DNA from: Phoronis australis
Taxonomy: Eukaryota; Animalia; Phoronida
Direction: 5' to 3'
Assembly (NCBI GenBank): GCA_002633005.1
Contig: NMRA01000280.1
Span: forward strand, 78,080 to 142,079
DNA: 64,000 nucleotides
Part shown: positions 1 to 10,089 of the stretch, piece after piece
Layout of the letters: each line of letters begins with the position of its first letter
How positions within the stretch are numbered: position 1 is the first letter of the stretch
The notes under the pieces: generated by a model
Told to the model about the DNA's origin: nothing
What the model saw: the letters and a program-made list of their open reading frames with translations, nothing else
Database searches by the model: none
Position numbers and translations under genes: made by a program

Positions 1-335
1 AGCTAAGCTAAATAGCACACCATTTTCAGATCATGTAAATTTTAACAACTCCGGTCATAGATTCAGCAACCGTCTGGCAGACAATGGCAAGAATTGCCAA
101 CTAGCAATAAAATCACAAAAACAAGAGATTTTGTTGTTTTACATCTCTGGTCAAAGCTTAGCTTTGAGAAGCCTATTCTCATTCAACAATAATTCCACAA
201 TTGCAATTTTTGACTGCAAAAGCGATATGTCCCTTTCATAGAGTATAAAATGCAACTTCAGAGAATACATTTGGGCAACAGCCATACTAGGACTTCAGGT
301 TCTTTTCCATTCAAATCGTCATATTTTAACCTTAC

Positions 336-485
336 CAAACCGGCCTTTCCCAAATAGCATGGAGTGGGTCAGCTCTTGCTGGGATGTAGAACTGGCCAGA
401 TGATATCCGTCAAAATAACACCTCTTTCCAACCTTGTAACCCTTATCATAGAATGTCCACTCTCTTCCAGATGGCCTTTGACTAT
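336..485 (-). CDS. SPATS1: SPATS1-like gene, coding exon 4 (SQRPSGREWTFYDKGYKVGKRCYFDGYHLASSTSQQELTHSMLFGKGRF); gene continues beyond the left edge
   Basis: Acceptor CATCCACAG, donor TG|GTAAGG; 150 nt, phase 1/1. The EWTFY..Y.VGK.C.F.G pattern resembles, from memory, the conserved region of vertebrate SPATS1. The exon call is stronger than the name. Confidence 0.75.
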
Positions 486-1249
486 CTGTGGATGCAACAA
501 ATGTTAAGGTTATGTAAGGACCTTAAAAAATGTCCAAATTCATTCGCTAACTTTGGATCACATTTCAGAAATGCCGGGCTGATGGGATTCATACGAAACT
601 CTCAGGTACTGTGCCTTGTGAAGTGCCCTACAAAACTCTGTTAGAAATTGTTTTTGAAATGTTGCACTAGATTAGCAGACCCATCATAACAACACCGGGG
701 CAACACCAGAATTTTTTAACTTTTCATATTGAGAGCTTAGAATAGCGTTACACACCCACGCTGTGGATACTATCCCGATTTCAATGATCCGCTAGTCAGG
801 ACCAAGAAGTGTCGTTATCAGTTCAACAGGGATAGCATTGGGAGAAAGTTGACAAACCAATCATTTTACATAGTCCAGCTCTCTCATTGCCTGCGTTTAT
901 CTCATGAGTGAGCTCACATAATCCAGCAATTATGTTGTAAACAGCAGCCTAACTTGAAAATACTATTTCCAAACCATGTTGAACAAATATCGTGACAAAG
1001 ATGTGTCTTGTATGACATACTATAACTAAAACAACTTTGAACAGGGAATTAAATGGTTGAGTTTCAGAGAAATTATAGTTAACTTTCACCTACTGATTCT
1101 TTAATCGCGGGACTGTATACTCCGACCCACTTACTACTACAGTGTTGTATACCAACACAATAGGCTTGTTTGTCAATTGAACGTGATACTAGATGATATC
1201 CTGATGTTGGAAATTTCTTGGTCTAGTCCAGGGGAATGGTGCGTAATGG

Positions 1250-1410
1250 CATATCTAATTAGTTTGTGAAAAGCACAGGTGGTTAGGTTTTGGAATTTTG
1301 AAAATCGGACAAGAAATATGACTTTTCCAACCTAAAACTTTTGAACAATGTTGCGGGTATCCTGCTTCTCGTTAATTCTGCTGTTTGTGCAGCATAATTG
1401 GGCCACTTAC
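1250..1410 (+). repeat. Dispersed old repeat, family A, partial copy
   Basis: Core GGTTTTGGAATTTTGAAAATCGGACAAGAAATATGACTTTT..GTGCAGCATAATTGGGCC recurs at ~4950-5080 and ~23325-23430. Confidence 0.7.
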
Positions 1411-1445
1411 CAATAACAAAAACTATTGAGATGAAAATCAATTAC

Positions 1446-1555
1446 CTGGAAAGCATCTCTTGTTGTACCAATTTGTCGGAAAATTTTCGGGTAATCCAGT
1501 GTCCGGTTTAGGATCAGGTCGCCATTTGATGTTGGACTTCCAATCTAGGCCATGT
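1446..1555 (-). CDS. SPATS1: SPATS1-like gene, coding exon 3 (HGLDWKSNIKWRPDPKPDTGLPENFPTNWYNKRCFP)
   Basis: Acceptor CTCGTTTCAG, donor AG|GTAATT; 110 nt, phase 2 in and phase 1 out, open frame. Confidence 0.8.
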
Positions 1556-2047
1556 CTGAAACGAGGATAGTAATACTGTTTGTAAGAAAACATTCAATTT
1601 TACCCCTGAGTTTCTGACCTTGTGTACAATATCAATCTGTGTTTGAAACTCACTGCAAATGACTCAAAAATGTGGCACATCAAATCTCACATCGTGCCAA
1701 TTATTGCGCAAATTTAGACAAATAAGGAAGTAATAAACACTGCATCCACCATCTAACCATACTTAAGTTGACATTGCCTTTTCTGCACCATATTTTACAT
1801 AAAAAACATTGATTGTTTAAATTCTATAGATTTTGTAGTATTTGACAAACTCAACTCGTGGCAACTAATTCTTTACAAACTTATATTGGCAATATGTGAA
1901 CTTTCCAGCAACAGTCTTATAATTTTAAGTGCTTAGTCATCAGCAGCGCTGTGTAAAGAGGCATACAAATACATGTTTATGAATTTTAAACCTCCTGAAA
2001 AGAAAGTGCTCTAGAGAGCAACATTTGGTGAAATTAAATGAAAAACA

Positions 2048-2185
2048 ATGATGCTGGATGTTGATGATGATGATGTAGAATGGGGATGACAAAATGATTA
2101 CATGGAACACAGCCTTGTGCAGTTACATTTGAATGGTGAAAATCAATGAACAATAATGATGGTGATGATGATGAATGATGATGAC
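2048..2185. repeat. Degenerate (GAT)n microsatellite
   Basis: Several GATGATGAT runs within an intron. Confidence 0.6.
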
Positions 2186-2769
2186 AAAAATGACCATTGA
2201 ATAGTCTTGTAAAGTAAATGTGAACCAACAAAAGGGCATTGACAATGCATTCAAATTATCTTAAATAACTTGGGAACATTAGGTCGTAGCAAGAAACGGG
2301 CAAAACACTTCACTAGAAGCTCTTGATCAGATCTATCGACATAATTTCAAAAGGTCTCATTAAGGACTGCACTGAGCTTAAGAGCACATGCTAGTAACCA
2401 AATTTTACAAAAGTTACAAACATGACTAACAGAACTTGTTAACTTGACAATACATGCTGTATAAAAATGAATATTTAAGGTAGCATATTTTGGAGATTTT
2501 ACAGAGCTCTCAAATCCTTGTGAAGTAAATTGAGATACTCAGACATCAACTGCGGGTAAGCAGGCCTAAGCAACAGCCGATGTGCAGACATCAACTTCCG
2601 TAAGACTGTCGCAAACCTCATTCCATGCTCACGCCAAGCACTATTAGCCTTGATAAAAAGCTTTTTTTGTATACTGAATGATAAATTTTGACATTCAACA
2701 AACTGACCCACAAGTTAGGGTAGGCCTACTATGCATGACAACGGGGTTTACGCTATGTCTATCACTTAC

Positions 2770-2920
2770 TCAGTGTACTTTGGATTTATATAGTGTGGGT
2801 GAGGTCGCCATGGTTGTTCATCACTGTAGCCGTGAGGAATGTACACCCTTCCTGTTGGGTGAATCTTTGGCTGTTGACCTCTCTGATTGTGAAGTTCAGG
2901 AAAATGTCTCCTTTCACGTT
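2770..2920 (-). CDS. SPATS1: SPATS1-like gene, coding exon 2 (RERRHFPELHNQRGQQPKIHPTGRVYIPHGYSDEQPWRPHPHYINPKYT)
   Basis: Acceptor TATTTTCCAG, donor GA|GTAAGT; 151 nt, open frame, phase 1 in and phase 2 out, matching both neighbouring exons. Confidence 0.8.
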
Positions 2921-3526
2921 CTGGAAAATACATTCACATGTACAAAGATGTTCACCCTGTGATATGTATCTATTAATACTAAAAAGCCGGGTTAAGGTCT
3001 AATAGTTGACAAGGTGGGTGACGAGTTACATTTTAGGTTAGCTAGTACACTGGGTTAGTGGGGTACAGGCTGTATAATTCCTCTTCGGAAGTGAACTCCA
3101 AGTCTCCTCATTTAGTGTATGTGATTCAACTTGAAAAGGTGACGATGATCAGCGCAAACTTTACACAAAAAGAAAACTGTGTTATTAGTATTTTAAAGCT
3201 CATAATTTTTCATGCCTGTCCTTTAAGGTGTTATTTGCTTTTAGATAATTTTATTTTGATTTAATTTATCATTATTATAAGTAAGGAAAGTAACTAACGA
3301 TTTATTTCACATGGAATCATTTCAAACTGATAAAATATGTGCTAGTAGGCTGACACTGAAATTGAGGGAGAAATATACAACAGTAGTGGTAGGGAACTAA
3401 ATGGGATAAACATAATGACAGTGTTGATGGCTTTGAAACACAGCATGAGGTAGGGATACTGGTCTAAGGCATAACAATATTCTACGAAACTCACAGCTAT
3501 GGTGATCGAGTCATCAAAAAAGTGTT

Positions 3527-4012
3527 ACAGATTCATTTAATTCTTTAAACATTAATTGTTGGGAAGTACTAAATTTCACCACGAAATTGAGCTATGTGGA
3601 CATCTTTGACCATACGTTGTCGTGATAAACATGGACTACAGAGCGTGTTTGTATTGCTTCTAAACGGATCTAAAGTTACACTTTACAACAAAATTTCAAA
3701 AACATTCCCTAGGTAGGGTGAGCAAACCATAATGGCCGATTTTCTGGAATCGACAAAATCGGCCATTTTTCTAGATTTTCAAACTGTCATATCTCTTTTT
3801 ATCATTACTCGATAAGAATAAAATNACAGATTCATTTAATTCTTTAAACATTAATTGTTGGGAAGTACTAAATTTCACCACGAAATTGAGCTATGTGGAC
3901 ATCTTTGACCATACGTTGTCGTGATAAACATGGACTACAGAGCGTGTTTGTATTGCTTCTAAACGGATCTAAAGTTACACTTTACAACAAAATTTCAAAA
4001 ACATTCCCTAGG
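3527..4012. repeat. Identical 187-bp direct duplication (3527-3713 and 3826-4012) separated by 111 bp plus a single N
   Basis: The two copies read identical by eye; the N at 3825 immediately precedes copy 2, as expected for a contig or haplotype join. Confidence 0.9.
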
Positions 4013-4222
4013 ATACAGCAACCAGTCTACTTACTGGTATGCTTAAAACCTCAGGGCATAATTTTACTGTAAAGAATAGGTGGGAATTTAATCAATATCT
4101 GGACCTGCTAGTGTTAAGTAAGTATGCACCTTATCGAAATTGATCAGCAGCATCTCACAACACTCAACGCTCAAACGTTGTTTCCCGCTGTTTGTGGTCA
4201 AGAATATTTATATTAGTCTTAC

Positions 4223-4271
4223 CTCTTCTACCGGACTTTCCAATTTCTGTGGTTAGATGAAGGGTAGTCAT
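4223..4271 (-). CDS. SPATS1: SPATS1-like gene, coding exon 1 (MTTLHLTTEIGKSGRR)
   Basis: ATG at 4271 in GGC-ATG-A context; ends at donor AG|GTAAGA, phase 1, which joins in frame to exon 2770-2920. Gene identity rests on the exon-4 similarity. Confidence 0.7.
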
Positions 4272-4694
4272 GCCTCAGCTCAAGTATTTTCACCCCAAAC
4301 TAATTCCCAAAAGCCAAATTACCGGCCCATCCTATGTCACTTCGTCTCTAATTCTTCTCGGTCAATAAACAAGTTCAATACACATTCATGCTGCGATCTC
4401 CAAGCACACGGAAGTCCCGGACAGGTGGTTTCTAATCACGTGATAAAGCTATGAGCGTTGACATGGATTATGGCGACATCTATTGATAGCGGGTGTGTTG
4501 AAACGCTATTAGGAAGAGGTGCAACTCTCAGAGCGGTAAAATCCCAGTCCCAGTAAACATTACTTATTCGTATAAACTCTCACAGTTTCTTTTTTTCTCT
4601 AAATCTAATTAAAAAATTGCGCATTATTCGATTATCTCGCGTCTGTTATGGTTCGTGACGAAACGTAGCTAACTGCAAGGCCTACTGAACATGA

Positions 4695-5095
4695 CAAGAA
4701 TCCTATGTGGACACCCAAACCAGTCGAGATTGGGCAACTCGACCGGCTTGCGTACAGCAGGAATTGCCAGTTCGGATCAAAGACCTCATGCTGTTGGGGT
4801 TAGTGAAATTACCTCAAGTTGCTGATGTTATCCTTCATAGATAATCAGACCCACCATAAACTCGGGGAAGACAATTTTTTTTAATTTTCGATTTCATTGA
4901 AAGAGTTTTTATATAGCATATTTAAATGGTTCATGAAAAGTAGACGTTGTTTGGTTTTTGAATTTTTAAAATCGGACAAGAAATGTGACTTTTAGCTTGT
5001 GAATTTTAACCGATGTTGCCCAGAGCTCGCCGTTGTTCTGTGCCTCATTAATTCAGTGGGGTGTGCAACATAATGGGCCCAGCCAATTACCAAAC
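4695..5095 (+). repeat. Dispersed old repeat, family A
   Basis: Colinear over ~400 bp with 23043-23480 (AGAATCCTA.GT.GACAC, GGCAACTCGACC, GATGTTATC..ATAGATAA, GGACAAG..AATGTGAC). Confidence 0.8.
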
Positions 5096-6561
5096 CAGCA
5101 GGGAGCGTTGGATTTTGGGTTAAGTCAAGTGTCATCTAACAACTCGTGGCATGAAGTAAGTTGTTCTGGGACCCGTTCCAAGAAAACTTACAAATCTTAA
5201 ATGTCAGTCAATTGTAAGATAAAACTAAAAATTTGTCTCAAGTCCATTCCAAGAAAGAAATCTTAAGTTTGACTTAAAGGTTTCCTACAATGTTTTTTGC
5301 ACTTTTTGAGGTTTTACTACGAGGACCGTGTATTATAATAATACCATAACACCAAAATCTAACTAAACAAGCACTTTTTTGGGAAATGATTGAGGAATTC
5401 TGAATTTTAAAGAAACATTAATGATTTTTGGTTTTCCGGTACGTGACGTCATCAGTAGAAGACGCACGGTTTTCGTAAACTCTCTCTCTGAATCATGCAG
5501 ATGCATTGCGGGCGCCATGAGTTTCATTACTATATTGTCATTACATATGTACCCAAGCTACAGCATTTACATTACGCTTGACCTTCTAGACATCAAACAT
5601 CTTTTCACCATTGGTACACGTTAACATAAATTTAGAGCCTACTAGAAGTGACAGCCTGCCGATGTATGCTTACAAGTCGTTCTGTAAAAAATCTGTGACC
5701 CAATAACATAATTATGTGCTCAAACAAAGCCAAACTGAGCTCTTGCCTATAAATTTTGATTTTGATATTGGCATGACAACTTTTGGCCCACGGGCAAACT
5801 CGGTGCAGCAAAAAGTACATCTCGCTTGAATTGTGATTTTGCAAGTGATAATGTACTTTAAATGCTCCTCTGGGTCAATTAGCTACAGCCTACACGCATG
5901 GCTTCCCAATAACAATGAAACAACAAGGAGTAAAATCAGATCATCTTTTATCTTAGTAATCTTTTTTTAAAGTATTTCACGTCTCACACGTGTCATGATT
6001 ATGAAACTTCACTGAACTTGACAACTGTAGTTGTGTCATTCAGATACATGTACATGTATGTTACTTCAATGATTCATTTTCATCTACAGATCAAGACTTC
6101 CATCAAGTGTGAATCAGTTCAGGAGTTAACTTTGCTTTTTAAGTTGTTTCAATTTTTATCACCATTAACGTTCAAGCTAAAAACGGCCAAACGAGTATCG
6201 TATAGTCTCAGAGCTCTATTTGACTCGGGCAGCGCCATGCGTAATAAGACAACTTAATTGGCAATATATTTTCATCCCAAAGTACAGTATTAATGTTCTA
6301 CATATGTACAAATTGTTTACCCCGTTGACTCTCAGCTATTTGAACTAATATCACATCCGTAGTACGTCAATCCATTTCACTTGTTAATGTTACTAATCCA
6401 TCAGTTTTCTATTGCAAGATTTAGCCTAACTCAATGTAATTAAAGTAGTGGTGGTGGGAATTTTCATGCCTACCCTAGTGTTCATAACTTTTGTCCTTAC
6501 TTCATTACTTTTAGTCTATTCACACACTTGTATATACTTCTTTTTCTCTTGTTAGATAAGC

Positions 6562-9500
6562 ATGTTAATTATGAACTGTATGAATTTATCAGTATTTAAC
6601 TACAGACATAATAATTATAAGTGTTCGGGTGTCTGGAAAACAAAAATACCCCACTGCTTTTCGTCTATTACGCTCGACCTCACTCTTCTACTACGAAAAC
6701 GACCCCGAACTGAGCACTTACGTAATGTTTACTGCACAATGAAGAACTCATGTTGTGATATCCGAGTTATCATTGAGCAAAGTCTTTTGACTGCTGGTGA
6801 CATAGAGGTCAATCCAGGACCAGGCACTCAGGGTTTAGCCAGCTTCAAGGTCTTATTCACTAATATCAACAGTATCAAGGCGAACAATCTTTCAAGATTT
6901 GATCTTCTCAAGCAAGTTATTACAGACAACAATTACATGGTCATTGCTATATGTGAATCTGGAACACTGTCCGAAGACAACCTCAGTGCACTTATTATTC
7001 CAGAATACCACATTGCCTACCACACTAACGCCGGGAGGGGGTTGATCTTGTTTGTCCACAACTCCGTAAATTACAAAACAATTGATGATAAAATTATACA
7101 ATCAATGAGTAACTGTTGGATTGAACTTTACGTCAACCACAAAAAGGTATATTACGGTTTTTTCTATCGCTCACCCTCACAGACGTCCCATGAAAGGAAA
7201 GCATATTTCAAAACCTTTTCAGAACAATTGCAAGAACTCTCTCAAACTAATAAAACAATTGTTATCAACGGGGATTTCAACGCAAGAAATAGTACTTGGT
7301 ACTCAGAAGACAATGACAACCAAGCCGGTCTCGAATTATTCGATATTCTCCTCACAAATGACTGTATACAACTAATAAACGAGCCGACACGTTTAACAGA
7401 GTATTCACATTCTTGCCTTGATTTATGTATAACAAACAATCTCGGATTAATTGAATCCACTTCTGTAAGGCCTCCCATTGGTAACTCAGACCACCACGTT
7501 ATAGAAACAACATTCACACTCAACTGCGCACCTAAAGAACCAGACATTATGAAGAAGATCTGGAATTACAACCTCATTAACATGGACAAACTGCGCTCTG
7601 ACATAACCACATTCAACTGGACTGAAATACTTAACAAAAGTGACATAAATGACGCAGTCTCAATATTCACACAGTCACTCTACAACATATTAGATAATAA
7701 TATCCCATCAACCATGAAAACAATAAAAAACAAGAACAAACCGTGGTTTAACAATAACATTAAGTCTGAAATAAATAAAAGAAATAAACTGTACAGATCG
7801 TTCAGAAGATCAAATAACCCATGCACGTTCAAGTGCTACAAAGAACAGTGCAAGAGTGTGGAAGAACTAATTAAAAAGACAAAACAAGACTATAAGATGA
7901 AAGTTATCTCCAATATCAAAAATGTCTCCAAAAATTCTAAGGAATATTGGGATATAGTAAACAAAATTCGAGGACAGGTAAAGCAATCATCATACCCCAC
8001 CATCCACTCAAAAGAATCCAACTCTCAGGCGTCATCCAAAGCCGATAAAAGTATCTTATTTCTAGACTACTTCACTGCCAAGAGTCACATTGCACCAACA
8101 ATAAACTATCCAGAATTCCCAAACAGAACATTAGAACACCTCTCTTACATAGAAGCCCAACCATCTGAAGTCAGAAAACTACTAGAAAACATTGACGAAA
8201 ACAAAAACGACGGTACCAATCTCATAACCAATAAAATGATCAAGATAATAGCAAGAGAGCTTACACTTCCTCTGACAACATTATACAACAAAATATTACA
8301 ATCTGGAAAATTTCCTTTGAACTGGAAGCTTGGCGTTATGATACCAATACACAAAAAGAACTCCAAAACAGACATTGCCAACTATCGCCCCATAACTCTA
8401 CTTAACACCTTATCCAAAATTTTAGAAAAAATCATTTCTCAGCACATGTTTGACCACCTCTCTTCACAAAACCTCATATATCGTCGCCAATTTGGATTCA
8501 TGCCTGGTAACAGCACTGTGTCGCAACTTACAGAAATTGTACACGACATCCACCTCCAGTTTGAGCAAGGGTACAACGTGAGATCCGTATTTTTAGACAT
8601 TGCGTCAGCTTTTGATGTCGTTCCCCATGACCTGCTTCTACATAAATTACAATCTTACGGTTTCTCAGGCACTCTCCTCTTACTTTTAAAATCATATCTG
8701 GAAAATCGAACTTACAAAGTCCGAATTGAGGGTGTCTTATCACCTTCATCAACGCCAGGTTTCGTAAATGCTGGAGTACCACAGGGTAGCGTACTAGGCC
8801 CCTTACTCTTTTTACTGTACATCAATGATCTTCCAGACACGATAAGCTCTAAAACATTCTTATATGCTGATGACACTGCAATATTCCACCCATTCTCAAA
8901 AGAGCATCCCCATGACTCCTTACAATTGCAAACTGACCTTAACAAACTCTATGACTGGTCTCACAAATGGAAGATGAAATTTAAACCTGAAAAAAGTGTT
9001 GATCTTATATTTTCTAAGTCTAATAATACTCATTTCCAAACAAATCCAACACTGGAATTATCACTCAATGGGGAAGTTATCCCCAATAAGTTCACGCACA
9101 AACATCTTGGCTTGCTACTCGACCATAAGCTTACATTTACTCCTCATTGTCGCGAACTCGTTCAAAAAGTACAAAAATTAATTAATCCAATTAGAATTAT
9201 CTCTCGTCATCTCAACTCCATGCATCTTGAAACTCTGTTCAAGTCTTTTGTACTTCCACATCTAGATTACTGTGACATAATCTACCAATCGGCAAACGCT
9301 GGCATACTTCTCCAATTAGAAAGACTACAATACCAAGCAGCTTTAGCCATAACTGGGGCATACAAAGGGTCCAACACAATCAAGGTTCTAAATAGTCTTC
9401 ACTGGAGCAAACTAGCAACCCGTCGTAAACTCCACCTGTCCATGTATACATTCAAAGTCTTAACCAACATAAACAATTACTCTAACAAAATCCTCTTTGA

Positions 9501-10089
9501 CTCCTACAAAAGACCAAGCACGAGACCAGGACTCCGGCAAAGCAATATGTATACTATTCCAGCCTCCATCAGCCAAGCCTTTAGAAGATCAACGATATTA
9601 ACTTGTATTGACAACTGGAATTCCTTACCATTCAAAATAAAAGAAAGCACTTCAATCGTCACTCTCAAAAATAACTTTAAAATGCATACCACTACTCCAG
9701 ACTTGCCAGTCCCATTGACATCATTCCAACTTCCCCGCAACCATGAAATAACCCTATACAGATCAAGATGTGGTCTATTCCTAAACAACGAGAAATTTAG
9801 ACATAATTTTAATAATATTTCGCCTCTGTGTTCCTGTGGAGATACCCAGACATATCCTCATGTTTTCTTTGCTTGTGAGGTATGCAAGGAGGAGAGGGTA
9901 CAGCTCTTCCAGGCACTCGAACAATACCCCAATGTTTATAAAAAATATTCTGAAATTCCGCAATTGTACAACAAAATTAATTTCTTTCTATATGGATGTC
10001 AAGAACTTAACTCAAACGAAAATAAGGTTTTATTTGAAATAGTATCAGAATTTCTTTATAACATTAAATCTCTTTGTGTGAGTGGATAG
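6562..10089 (+). CDS. LINE polyprotein: N-terminal peptide + 2A-like motif + APE endonuclease + reverse transcriptase + C-terminal Cys/His motif
   Basis: APE motifs TNINS, ICES, YRSP, GDFNAR, CLDLC, SDHH; RT motifs NYRPITLL, QFGF, FLDIASAFDVV, GVPQGSVLGPLLF, YADD (8863-8874), HLG; C-terminal CSCG..H..FAC. Confidence 0.97.
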   Translation: MLIMNCMNLSVFNYRHNNYKCSGVWKTKIPHCFSSITLDLTLLLRKRPRTEHLRNVYCTMKNSCCDIRVIIEQSLLTAGDIEVNPGPGTQGLASFKVLFTNINSIKANNLSRFDLLKQVITDNNYMVIAICESGTLSEDNLSALIIPEYHIAYHTNAGRGLILFVHNSVNYKTIDDKIIQSMSNCWIELYVNHKKVYYGFFYRSPSQTSHERKAYFKTFSEQLQELSQTNKTIVINGDFNARNSTWYSEDNDNQAGLELFDILLTNDCIQLINEPTRLTEYSHSCLDLCITNNLGLIESTSVRPPIGNSDHHVIETTFTLNCAPKEPDIMKKIWNYNLINMDKLRSDITTFNWTEILNKSDINDAVSIFTQSLYNILDNNIPSTMKTIKNKNKPWFNNNIKSEINKRNKLYRSFRRSNNPCTFKCYKEQCKSVEELIKKTKQDYKMKVISNIKNVSKNSKEYWDIVNKIRGQVKQSSYPTIHSKESNSQASSKADKSILFLDYFTAKSHIAPTINYPEFPNRTLEHLSYIEAQPSEVRKLLENIDENKNDGTNLITNKMIKIIARELTLPLTTLYNKILQSGKFPLNWKLGVMIPIHKKNSKTDIANYRPITLLNTLSKILEKIISQHMFDHLSSQNLIYRRQFGFMPGNSTVSQLTEIVHDIHLQFEQGYNVRSVFLDIASAFDVVPHDLLLHKLQSYGFSGTLLLLLKSYLENRTYKVRIEGVLSPSSTPGFVNAGVPQGSVLGPLLFLLYINDLPDTISSKTFLYADDTAIFHPFSKEHPHDSLQLQTDLNKLYDWSHKWKMKFKPEKSVDLIFSKSNNTHFQTNPTLELSLNGEVIPNKFTHKHLGLLLDHKLTFTPHCRELVQKVQKLINPIRIISRHLNSMHLETLFKSFVLPHLDYCDIIYQSANAGILLQLERLQYQAALAITGAYKGSNTIKVLNSLHWSKLATRRKLHLSMYTFKVLTNINNYSNKILFDSYKRPSTRPGLRQSNMYTIPASISQAFRRSTILTCIDNWNSLPFKIKESTSIVTLKNNFKMHTTTPDLPVPLTSFQLPRNHEITLYRSRCGLFLNNEKFRHNFNNISPLCSCGDTQTYPHVFFACEVCKEERVQLFQALEQYPNVYKKYSEIPQLYNKINFFLYGCQELNSNENKVLFEIVSEFLYNIKSLCVSG
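6781..6822 (+). other. 2A-like ribosomal stop-go (skipping) peptide SLLTAGDIEVNPG|P
   Basis: Exact match to the D(V/I)ExNPGP consensus, preceded by LL.AG and placed just before the APE domain. Confidence 0.88.

Noticed and set aside
2678-2962. 94-aa plus-strand ORF
   Set aside because: Overlaps the minus-strand exon 2770-2920, which has proper splice sites and phase continuity.
7242-9963. Several short ORFs antisense or out of frame within the LINE ORF
   Set aside because: Shadows of a long coding frame, with no motifs.
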